Part shown: in pieces, positions 20,820-32,399 of the stretch | Position numbering within the stretch: the stretch's first letter is position 1 | How the letters are laid out: every line of letters starts with the position of its first letter | NCBI GenBank assembly: GCA_015680685.1 | Contig: MNCI01000690.1 | Coordinates: 701,888-765,887, forward strand | DNA: 64,000 bases | Source: Gnetum montanum | Taxonomy: Eukaryota > Plantae > Gnetophyta | Direction: 5' to 3' | Translations under genes and position numbers: made by a program | The notes under the pieces: generated by a model | What the model saw: only the letters and a program-made list of their open reading frames with translations | What the model was told of the DNA's origin: nothing | The model's database searches: none

Positions 20820-23800
20820 GACATCTTAGAGAAACAGTAGACATCTTTCCACAGGTAGAGATTTCTTCCATCAGGCGAAGACGTCTTTATAGAATGAAGG
20901 AAAGTTCCAAAAAGAAATCTTCCATTAGACAAAGATGTCTCCTAGAGTGGAGATTTGAAAAAGACATCATTCCCAAACAAAGATGTCTTTCCAAAATTGA
21001 AGGCAAATACAGAAAGACATTTTAGGTATGAAGAAGATGTCTTTCATGACCATTAGTGACCATTTCCTTGACATTACATGAGTTGTAAGATGGATTTATA
21101 AATATGGTAGGTATAAGAAGACATTGTATGCATTGGGAAATGTGTAAGTAATTGTATAATCATTGTGAAATCATTTGTTTATCATTATAATCTTTGTAGC
21201 TCTTCATTGTATCATCATTTGTTCACTGTAAAGTGTGCCATACCTTATTGTACAAGGATTAGCAAACTAAGTTGCATCTATTCCTTGTAATTATTCTCTC
21301 TCTTGTTGCCCTATGGGGTTGATCTTGCTTGAGCTTGTCAGGATCTTATGGGATTGAGTTGTTGGTGCTGTTGTATAACACTCCTGAGTGGAGCTCAAGA
21401 TTGTAATAGTTTTGGAAGCCTAGAAACCACATTCCAAGCTTGATGGGACCTTTGGAGTGGCTAGTGTTGTGGCATAGAACTTTGGAGTGGGGATTGAAGA
21501 TTGTATAGGGTTTGGACCCTTCAACCACAATTTGGAAGGAATAAAGTTTAGAGGTGTGCTTGTGAAATACCCTCCAAGTGTGGACTACCCAAGTTGTGGA
21601 ACCACATTAAAATTAGTATGCTCTTGGTGTTAAGGAATTAAAATTTTGTGAACTTATTCATCCCCCCTTTTTCTAAGTTCAACAATCCACAAGTGGTATT
21701 AGAGCCTAGTACTCTATGCCAATCTTCAAGAGTGAACATGGAAGGCATACTCAATATCAGACACATATGGACAAGGAGCATAATGCACATCATAAATTGG
21801 TGTGCTCAATTCATTTGTGACATTTGGTATCAAGGTAAGTATCTCATTTCCTTCCTTACTTAAAGAAAGATAGAAAAAGATGCATGGAAAGTTGATAATT
21901 CTTGTGAATATCAAAATGGTGTCTCTTTTGAAGATATGTAAGAGATATGTTTCCATAACATTATTTCTTTCCAAAATTTTTGCATTGAAATAAAAGATTC
22001 TTTACATGCCAAGGAAATAAAAATCAAAGTGCTTAATGATGAATGCTCTCATCTCAAAAAGGAAAACTCAGACCTTAGGGATGAGGTTCAAAAATTGACA
22101 AAAATGGTTGAGTAGGTGAAGAAGAGCTCTATGGCGAAATCCAAAAATCAAAAACAATATTTATTTAGGTTTGGCAAAGCTCCTAAAAATTTAAAATGAT
22201 TCTTTTGTGGTAAACACGGTCATATTCAAGCTTTTTATTATCTTAGAATGCATCACCACTCTTGGTCTTTGCAAAACTAGCTTAGAAAGCAAACCATGCA
22301 GGTTTGGAGAGAAAAAGAAGGAAAGATAGAAAAAAATTGGTGGCTCAAGTTACTCTCTCAAATGATAATGCTAGTACATGGTACATTGATAGTGGGTGTT
22401 CAAGGCACATGATAGGTGACAAATCCCACTTCACCCATTTTAAGGAACAAAATTGTGGTATAGTCACTTTTAGAGATCATATGGAAGCCTCCATAACCAG
22501 TATTGGTTTCATAGGAGGAAAAGGTAAGGGATTAGCAATTGTGAAAAAAGTGTTTTTCATTAATGGATTAAAACATAATCTTCTTAGTGTCAGTGAACTT
22601 TGTGATTCAAATTTTGATTTTATTTCTTCAAAAGAAAGTTGTAGAATACAAGATTTATCTATTGGAAATGTTGTGATTGAAGGATCTAGAAAAGGAAATG
22701 TGTATACCACTATTTTTAAAAATTCTACTAACCTTGAATCTAAGTGTCTGGTAAGTTGTGTAGATGATACACGTCTTTGGCATAGGAAGCTAGGCCACAT
22801 AAATAAGGAAATTTTCTAGACCTTGGTATCTAAAGAAATGGTTCATGGTCTCCCTAAGCTTAAGGATTTCAATTTAAATACTTGAAAAGCCTTTCAAAAA
22901 GGGAAACAAATGAGGGTAAGATTTGGTAAGAAAAAAATTGTATTTTTATTGCTCATCTATTAGATCTACTTCATATGGATGTGATTGGTCCAATTCAAAC
23001 TCTAGCTTAGGAAAGAAAATACATCTTTTGATCATTATTAATGATTACTCTCACTTTACTTGGGTTGATTTTTTGTATCACAAAGATGAAGTGTTTGACC
23101 ATTTTTTAAGAATTAATAATCATATCTAGAAAGTAAAAGGATATGGTATTAAGGTTATCAGAAGTGACAATGGAGGTGAGTTCAAAAATGCAAAATTTGA
23201 ACAATTTTGTCAAATGAACAACATTCCAGATCAATTCTCTATTGCAAGAACTCAACAAAATAGTGTAGTTGAATAGAAGAAATAAATCCTAAACAAGATG
23301 GGAAGGACAATATTAAATGATTGAAGCCTTCCTGATCACTTTTGGGTTGAAGCCATCAACATTGCTTGTTATGTATCCAATAGAGTTCTGGTAAGAAGAT
23401 TCACCTCTAAAATTCCTTATGAATTTTGAACTGGCAAAAAATCTTCAGTAGCTTATTTTCATGTTTTTTGTTCAAAATGCTATATTCTAAATGATAAGGA
23501 TAACTTGAGAAAGTTTGATGCAAAAATTGATGAAGGAATCTTCCTAGGATATTCTCTAGTTAGTAGAGCATACAAAGTGTTTAATAAAAGAAGAAATATG
23601 GTAGAGGAAACTATAAATGTCAAAACATATGATTATGACATTACTTGTCCTGAACCTAATGATGAAGTTATTCCTATTCAAAAATTATCTAGGTCAACTT
23701 TAGTACAAGATGATAAACATTTAGAAACTAGTAGTGATCATGAAGAGGAAGAAAATAATGATGTTTAAGAGATATCTCCCACTTTTCCAAAAATGCCTAG

Positions 23801-24789
23801 ACTTTGCAAAATTCACTCTCTTAATGATGCAATTGGGAAAGTTCAAGATGGTGTCCATACTAGAAGCTATATCAAGGAAATGTGTGCCTTTTCCACATAT
23901 CTCTCTCAACTTGAACTTAAAACCTTTAAGGAAGTTGAAAAAGAGGAAGGATGGATTTTTGCTATGCAACATGAACTTATTCAATTTGCTAGAAATGATG
24001 TATGGGAGTTAACAAATAGGTCCACCAATAAACCTATCATTGGAACAAAATGGGTCTTTAGAAACAAGACTGATGAGAATGGAAACATCATTAAAAAAAA
24101 GGCTAGATTGGTTTCCAAAGGATACAACTAATAAGAAGGGATAGATTTTGATGAAACATTTGCTTCTGTTTCTAGGCTAGATTCTATTAGACTTCTTCTT
24201 GCCTATGCTAGTATTAAAAACATCAAGCTATATCAAATGGATGTCAAAAGTGCCTTATTAAATGGAATCATACAAGAAGAAGTTTACATTGAACAACCTA
24301 AAGGAATTGTTGATTCCATCAAGACCAATCATGTCTACAAGCTTAAGAAAGCACTCTATGATCTTAAATAAGCTCTAAGAGCTTTGTATGAAAGGCTTTT
24401 TCAACACCTCACATCAAATGGATTTGAAAGAGGTAAAGTTGATGTTACATTATTTCTTAAAAGAGAAGGTAAAGATCTTCTAATTGTTCAAATCTATGTT
24501 GATGATATTATTTTTGGTGCCATTAATGAAATTCTTTGTAAGAAATTTTTTGATCTCATGTAGTCTAAATTTGAAATGAGCATGATGGGAGAACTTAAGC
24601 ACTTTCTTGGATTTCAAGTCTATCAAACAACTGATGGCATATTCTTCTGTCAACTAAATATGTAAAAGATCTTCTTCTCAAATATGGCTTGGTTGAAGGT
24701 AAATTTAAAGGTGCTCTAATGGCTACAAATTCTAAACTTGTTAAGGATGATCAAGGTAAGCTAGTTGATCCCAAGCTTTATAGAGGTAT
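20820..24789 (+). mobile_element. SIRE-like Copia element, truncated at both ends (partial LTR to 21691, iMet PBS 21694-21705, degenerate gag-pol)
   Basis: C-rich LTR end ATTCATCCCCCCTTT, PBS TGGTATTAGAGC, protease WYIDSGCSRHMIGDK, LWHRKLGH, integrase IRSDNGGEF, KFDAKIDEGIFLGYS, RT IIGTKWVFRNK, YQMDVKSA, VQIYVDDIIFG. Confidence 0.9.
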
Positions 24790-26325
24790 AGAGGTCATGC
24801 CAAGCAGGGAGTGGCAGAGCCTAGAATGGCAAGTCACAGGAGCTAGGTGAAGTGGGACAAGAAGATAACTGGCCATCCCTTCTAGTTGATAATAGGCCTA
24901 ACCATGGTGGCAATGTTGGATTTCCACTAAGGGATAGATGCTGAAGGAAGAAAATCTCAAGGAACACTCTTAGAGCATGATCCAGATACTCTATTCCAAA
25001 TCAATAAAGCATTTTTTTCTTTTTTTTCATGCATTTTTCCTATTATTTCCTTTATGCATAATTCTAAATGTTACATACATTTAATGTTTGGTATATTTTC
25101 TTCTTACACACAATGTCTAATATAATGTATATTTGACATTTTTCCATGACATATGGGAATGGGATGTCACAATTGGTATCAGAGAAAACCATGACCCAAG
25201 GGCCATTCAGAACCATGGGTTGACTACAACATGAATTTGATGAGGAACCATGAAGCCACGACCTAGGGAAAATCATTGATCATCACCAGATGCACCATAT
25301 GTTTGAGATATTCCACCAACCAACAAAATTCTTTCATGGATATCATTGACTGATGAAGATCTGATTACGCCTCGTCAAGATTCATCAATTACAAGAGATG
25401 TTGGTAAGACAAGGACACACCAATCTAGGTAACTCTTATCCATCTTAATACAATAAATATTAATTAATCAAGGTCATTATTTATTTTCTTCCAAAATGTT
25501 AGTAACTATGACCTAAATTGATTATTTTTTTGTTGAGACTCATTATCCAAATAATCTAGAACACCTTAAGTTACCATATATCAACCTACAAATTTTAGTT
25601 CAACAAAATAGGCTATTTTGGTCCTTTTAATTTATGAAAATCCAACTTCATTTTTGAACTCTAAGACTATCTCTAATGCATAGTATGTGTCAAGACAATT
25701 CCAATGGTATAAATTTTGTCTTAATTGGACATACAACTTGAAAGATATTGATGTTTAATGTTTCTCATTTTGCATGCATTAAAGAATATTAGATTATTAT
25801 TTTATTATTTTAAAAAAAATGAACGAGAGGTCATGGGTTCAAATCTAGGAACTCCTACCTAGTAAAAAAAATAATAACAATAAAATTAAAATATATATAA
25901 TTAAAAAAAAGAAAATTTTTCATGGGCCACATTGGCTTGCAAGAGATGTGCAAGCCCGACAGGCCACGTTGTTCTTACAAAGGCCACGTAGGCCCTACAG
26001 GCCTCACCAACCTTGCAAGGGCCATGTAGGCCCTATTAAGGCAACACAACCCTTAAGGGAGGGCTATTGCCCTCTAAACAAGGTGACCGTGCATAGGTTG
26101 CCGTAGCACATCACACACTGCCACATAGTTCATGCAGTTTCTTACTAGGTTTGCCATTGTTGGAAATTCTTGCATCACATCATGGCTACTTGTTTTGCTA
26201 GAAACCCTTGCTTTGTGGCTACTACTACCACCGCGCTACCTTAATTGCTGCAACACACTACCTTGGTCATGCCCCATGCTGCTGTTGTTGTTTAATCATG
26301 CTACCCTCCATTGAAGGATGCTGTC

Positions 26326-26700
26326 CATAATGGCCTGTTTTGGCACTTTGTGGGCATCAATAGTGCCATACATAATGGCCTGTTCTAGTGCCCTATGAAC
26401 ATCAATAGTGCTATCCATACTGATCCATTTTGGCACTTTGTGGGCACCAGTAGTGCCATTCATAACAACCTATTCTAGCACTCCATGGGAACCAATAGTG
26501 CTATCCATAATGGCCCATTTTGATGCCCCACAAACATTGACAATGCCATTCATAATGGTCCATTCTGGTTCTTTGCGAGCACTAACGGTGTCATCTATAA
26601 TGGCTCATTTCGGCGCTTCGCAGACACCAATGGTACCATTCATAATGACATGTTTTGGTAGCTTGTAAGCATCGATGGTGTTGCTCATAATAGCTTGTTT
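26326..26700. repeat. Diverged 45-bp tandem array, about 8 copies
   Basis: CATAATGGCC(T/C)..TT..G...CAATAGTGCCAT recurs every 45 bp, with alternating variants. Confidence 0.85.
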
Positions 26701-27387
26701 TGACATCAAAACCCCAAAAATCACATGCAGCATTACCTTTTGCATGGGCCATGCCAGCTCTTGTGAGGGTTGCATGGACCCTTGCATAGGCCACATAGGT
26801 GTTGCTTAGGTTGTGCCGACCCAAAGTTGGGCATGCAAGCCCCGTTTGGGACCATGTAGATCTAGTTTAGGGTCATGTAGGCCCCCTTTGAGGGTTGTGT
26901 AGGCTCATGTGAGGGCTGTGCTAGCCTTGTGCAAGCCTCATTGGCCATGCGTGGGCCACGCTAACCTTGTGTAGGCTGCACCATCCTTTTTCCCCTTGCA
27001 CATAAGTCAAATCAACCTCCATGCGCTATAGAAAAATGTCATGAAAAGGATGCCTTCATCACCATTGTTGCTCAACAGTCCTTTCCTATAACTACTACCT
27101 CCAAGACATGTTGTTGTCCTCTACCTTGGCCGTTGATGTGCTCATGACGTTGCCCGCTCTACCTTAGATCCCACTACCAATGCACCATTGCAGGGATTAT
27201 TGCCACCATCTTTGCCTTCCATGTGACATGAAAGTTCTTTGTCAATAGACAGAAGATTCAAATTTTCCATCAATTAATAGAAAATTCAAAATTCTTGTTG
27301 TCATGTTAGTTTAAATTGAGAATGCCTAGAAATAATTTTTTAAAAGAACTTGACACCTTGGTTGAAACTAGGATACAAATTTCGTAA

Positions 27388-27443
27388 TTAAGCATGCTCA
27401 TCTTGCAATAGAATTAGGATGGGTGACCTCTTGGGAAGTCTTG
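27388..27443 (+). pseudogene. 5S rRNA-derived segment (A-box to C-box region)
   Basis: TTAAGCATGCT...TAGGATGGGTGACCTCTTGGGAAGTCTT versus plant 5S GTTAAGCGTGCT...TAGGATGGGTGACCTCCTGGGAAGTCCT. The 5' half of 5S is absent. Confidence 0.8.
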
Positions 27444-28067
27444 TTTTTTGTGCCAAAAAGTTTTAGACATTAGAAGCCATAAATTTTGATTTCGAAAGTC
27501 TTTTTTAGTGAACAAAGAGTTGTTTCCTACAAATTTCAATCTTCCAAACTCAATGGTGAAGTCAGATCTATCCCAAGGTACCCCAAAACTTAGTTTTTTT
27601 TTCACCCCTTGCCCGACATAGTGCATCAACACCCTCAAAGCTTAATTTTAGTAGAACTTGAGCATGCGATGTCCTTTTTTAACATATGAATAGTCATTTT
27701 CAACATTTTTCATCCTTCTGAACTCAATGGTAAGGTTAGCTTTAACATCTAAGTACCTGATAATTTGATGATATCATGAACCATGCCTTAAAATTTGACA
27801 ACGTAAGGATAACTAATCATGTCTTGTTGGAAAAATAACCTTTGCAGGTAGTCTTGAGATCCCTATGGCATGTCATTAGTTACACTGTTGGAGTTAGTGT
27901 CTTAAAGGGGGTAGAAAGGTTGTTAAGATTTTGCTAATGTCATTAAATATTACTAAAATTAGATAATGTAGTAAATCAATTAATTAGTTGATTAAATAGA
28001 ATGATCTTCAATGATCAAGAAAAGGCATATTAATTCATTTTTTAACCAAATCATATAGTAGAACAAC

Positions 28068-28966
28068 ATGCAGACTCAAAATATTGTTTCAACAAGGTGT
28101 ATGATACCCAGGAAGAGAAATGATCTAGAAAAAAAATTCAAGAATGAGAATGAAAGTTGCAACATACAATGTGCTTGCAAGATCCTTAGTGAGTGAGGAA
28201 CAACATCCATTATGTTCATCATGGGCCTTGGATTGACATGAATATTGATACCCATGCATCTTAGCAGAGTTACAAGATTTGGATGTTGATGTTTTATGCC
28301 TACAAGAAATTTTGCCATGGGAATTCCTATATCAATTCCAATGATATTTGGGAAAGATGGGATATAGAGGTATTTACAAGCAAANNNNNNNNNNNNNNNN
28401 NNNNNNNNNNNNNNNNNNNNNNNNNNNNNNNNNNNNNNNNNNNNNNNNNNNNNNNNNNNNNNNNNNNNNNNNNNNNNNNNNNNNNNNNNNNNNNNNNNNN
28501 NNNNNNNNNNNNNNNNNNNNNNNNNNNNNNNNNNNNNNNNNNNNNNNNNNNNNNNNNNNNNNNNNNNNNNNNNNNNNNNNNNNNNNNNNNNNNNNNNNNN
28601 NNNNNNNNNNNNNNNNNNNNNNNNNNNNNNNNNNNNNNNNNNNNNNNNNNNNNNNNNNNNNNNNNNNNNNNNNNNNNNNNNNNNNNNNNNNNNNNNNNNN
28701 NNNNNNNNNNNNNTCAAGAACCATAGTTTACCAATTACTCTACTATGATTAATGAGGATGGGTCAAAAACATTCTTCATTGAGACTATGGATTATATTTG
28801 GTATGATGTCTGATTCTTCCAAGTTACCAAGTTACTAGAGTTGATTTCTAAGGAAGAAGTGGAGAAGAATCAAGATCAAGGTTTGCCATTAGAAACAAGA
28901 CCATCCAATCATATACCACTTATGGCAGAATTACAATTACTTCCATCAATTCATAAGGTTGATTAA
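28068..28966 (+). pseudogene. CCR4/nocturnin/Angel-type EEP nuclease ORF, copy 1 (spans an N gap)
   Basis: MKVATYNVLARSL..HPLCSSWALD*..Y*..ILAELQDLDVDVLCLQE..LGKMGYRGIYK, then after the gap EP*FTNY..FIETMDYIWY..QVTKLLE..GLP..PSNHIPLMAEL. These match CCR4-family motifs YNVLA, LCLQE, DYIWY and PSDH. Confidence 0.9.
28385..28713. other. Assembly gap (329 N)
   Basis: Run of N. Confidence 1.
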
Positions 28967-30029
28967 GATCAAGAAGTATCTTACCCTTACTTTTATTTAC
29001 AATCTTATTTTTTTAATGTTTAATTTATATTTTAATTAGATAAGTGAAATATCTAAGGTAATGTAAGTTGGGAATAAAGGATTTGCCCTACCTTCACTTG
29101 TGTAACCAGATACAAGTTGCAGTTTGTGTGACCCTGGTTAAGTTTGGTGATTGGTGGTTGGTAGATCTTTAATTCACCTCTTATCATTATCTTAGGAAAT
29201 GGGTAACTATTAATAAAATAATATTTGAACTTTCATATATTTTTCTCCCATATATTTTTTGTTTACAAAATAAGCAAGAAACAACTTCAATCTCAAAGGA
29301 GAAATCAAATTATTGGAGGATAGGATTATAATAGAAGCATTGGAGCTAGAAAAAATTTATGAACGTGGACTCATTCAAGGATGAATGAAACCTAAGGATG
29401 GTAGATTGTCACATCCCCATTTCCAAATGATGATGCTACATAATGAAGATGGTGCCTCTTCATAACAAGTGTTATTGTTATCGTAACAAGATCCAAAAGG
29501 GCAGTTGTGATTAAGACCTAAAAGGGAATGTTGTAATAATGGATGTGTCTCTTGAGGTAACTTGTGGGGGCTTGGCCTAAGGCATTTATACTTAGGCTTA
29601 GAGGTTGCGAAAAGCAGGGAGTGGCAGAGCTTGGAATGAAAAGTCATAGGAGTTGGGTGAAGTAGGATAAGAAGAGGACTGGCCATCCCTTTTGGCCAAT
29701 AATAGGCCTAACTATGGTGGTAGTGTTGGATTACCTCTAAGGGATAGATGTCAAAGGAAGAAAACCCCAATGAACACTCTCAGAGCATGATCTAGATACT
29801 CTATTCTAAATCAATAAAGCATTCTTTTCTTTCTCTTTCTGCATTTTTCCTGTTATTTCCTTGACACATAATGTTGAATGTTACATATATTTGATGTTTC
29901 GTATATTTTCTTCTTACACACAATGTCTAATATAATGTATATTTGATGTTTTCCATGACATTTAGGAATGAGATGTCACAATAAATTTTTTTGGAATGCC
30001 CTATCAATTAAAATATGAATTTAGTTTTC

Positions 30030-32330
30030 ACTAATCAAACATTTAACCCTAGTCCTAAATAAAAATTTTCTTGTTGAATAATCTCCTCTATTAACATTTC
30101 CATAAAGATGTATGAATTCAATTTAGAAGCTTTCTCAATTTTGGGAGTAGTAGGATTACCTTTTTGAAGAGCTTGACTTATGAAATTTTCTTCTCCAAGT
30201 TTTATACATCCTTTTCCTTAGCTACCTTGTGAAGTGGAAATTCCCATTTTTTGTATCCTCACTCTCCACATTTGAAGAATTGAGTCTTGGATGAGTTTTT
30301 ACCTTGATCCTTACCTTCTTTTCCTTGTTCCTTCTTCGCCTTGCCCTTCTTAGCACCTTCTATTTCTTTTTGTCATGGATACTCTCTTTGTCTTTAGATT
30401 TTTATTTTGATATCTTCTTAGATTTGGATCCCTTGTCTTTTCTCTTTGAAGCTTATTTGATTCTATTCCAAAATCCACTAAATTACTTTTCTATCTTGAG
30501 TGCCAAATCATAATTCTCATCAAGGATTTGAGACTCATAAAATACCAAATCTCATTGATCAGTCATATTAAGATCTCCAAGAAATATTCAAGCCTATGCA
30601 TATCCCTTCCAAATAATCTTAGCTTGATAAAAATGTTCCTAAAATTAAATATAAAACTCCTTAACATACTTGTTACCTTTTCAAATTGATTTGAGCTTCA
30701 TGATCATCTATTGCCTCTACCTAGGTTGTTCAATTTTTTGTTTTAATCTATACTTTATCAAATACCAATCCTTATTAGATTCTCCATTTTTCCTTACATA
30801 GCTTTAAGACTCTTTTTTCCAGTAAGTTGAAGCCATAACTTCTAATATGAATTTAGAAATTGATATCCTTAAATGATTTAGTATCTTGTCAAGCTTAAAA
30901 CATTTGTCAAGTATCTTTAGCTAGCTTGCCAAGGCATTGGTCCCATCTACACCATTGAAACTCTTCAATTCTGTGTAAGGAAGTCTTATCAAATTTCTAA
31001 AATATCTAGCAATTTTTTCTTTTTCTTCATCATTTAATTTACCATGAGAGCAAGATAATATCCATGATGGATTTCCTGGGATTCTGACATGAGAAATTGG
31101 ATTGCTCCCTCTTGAAAACCTTGGATTATGTGATCTAACACTCTCATAACTAGAATTCTCTTTCTTCTCATTTTCTTTCACTTCATCAAGTTGAAAAACT
31201 TATTTTCCTTCATTTGAATGGATTTGCTCATCATCATCATGAGATGAAATACAATTACAACCTGCAATTTTATCAACCTTAGAATTGATTTTATCTAGTC
31301 AATCAACCATTAGCTAAAAAGTAGATTTCATGCTTTTTACATCTTTATTAAAGGTTTGAATATTTTTCTTCTTAGGAGTCATTTAAAATAGATTTAAAAA
31401 TTTATCCCCCCAAAAAAATTATTGGCTTTGATACCAATCCTAGAGTAGGATCACTTGAATGTAATTACCCCTTAAAACATACCAAATCTAGATTATATGA
31501 AAGGTAAATTACTACTACAAAGGAGAAAAACTAGCTATCTTCATTAAATTGAAAAAAGATTACAATTATAATGGAACAATAATCCTAGAAAACATACACA
31601 ACAATACATATACACTAAATAATATAGTTAAGCAAGGGGCTCTATAATCACACATGATTATTCTTGATGTAAACATCAATTAACCTAGATCTCTCCCCTA
31701 TTATATAGGATTGGCATACAATAAGTAAGATTCCACACAATGACCAAATCCATACACTCTTTAACCACACAACCTCTCATATCAAAGCATATAACATAGA
31801 TAAATATTTAACTTCAAAAAAATATAATACTTTAAGGATAATTTTTTCTACTTAAATTGATATTCCTAACTATTTTCCATCTTGGAACTATTACATTGGA
31901 AATTTTCACACCTAATAGAGATGTTTAAGATGTTGGAAAGATGTCTCTATATCAATTATTCAATGCTAGGAAGACATCTATGGGATAGGCAAGACACATC
32001 CTCTTAGTGGCAAGACATCTTCTAGGATGATGGGACATCTTGTACAACTATCTAGCTCTTAGGAAAGACATGTTTTAAGTTGTCAAAATCTTGATTCCTC
32101 TACTTGTAGGGATGACAGTAGTTTTAGAAAATATGTTCTTACACCAGGTATACATGGAAGTTATTGAGAATGTATCTTCTTGGTTGCATGATTCATCTTG
32201 AGTATGCTGTATATCTCGTAATGGTATGTCATTCTCCCTAGATCATGGCTCATGGTTTTTCTTAGATCATAACTTGTAATTCATCATTGGATTGTGCTAG
32301 TCATTGATTCTAATTGACCTTGGGTTGTGG
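30030..32330 (-). mobile_element. CRM-like element, 5' part (LTR about 31440-32330, iMet PBS 31424-31436, degenerate gag)
   Basis: PBS TGGTATCAAAGCC on the minus strand, LPYTELKSFNG, degenerate knuckle QFFKCGE*GYKKWEFP. LTR similar to 13360-13495. Confidence 0.75.
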
Positions 32331-32399
32331 TTTATTCCAATACTAATTGTAATATCCTATTCTTGAATTTCATGAAAAATGTCAAATATATATAACATT

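Larger units (their letters stand above)
24790..29980 (+). mobile_element. Family X copy 1: pol-less LTR element with EEP-nuclease cargo (partial 5' LTR 24790-25171, PBS 25174-25184, 3' LTR 29407-29980)
   Basis: The LTRs align with each other. Termini TGTCACATCCC...GATGTCACA. PBS TGGTATCAGAG. Purine tract AAGGATGGTAGAT before the 3' LTR. The terminus style suggests a Tekay-like Gypsy (inference). Confidence 0.8.

Noticed and set aside
26326-26700. CRISPR-like array
   Set aside because: The units are homologous along their whole length with no unique spacers, there are no cas genes, and the context is eukaryotic.
28144-28384. LINE APE endonuclease
   Set aside because: The motifs (YNVLA..WALDW, PSDHIPL, EP.FTNY) are CCR4-type, and there is no downstream LINE RT or poly(A) tail.
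28076-28752. Long ORFs in the track containing X runs
   Set aside because: They are produced by the N gap. The real signal is the EEP frame.
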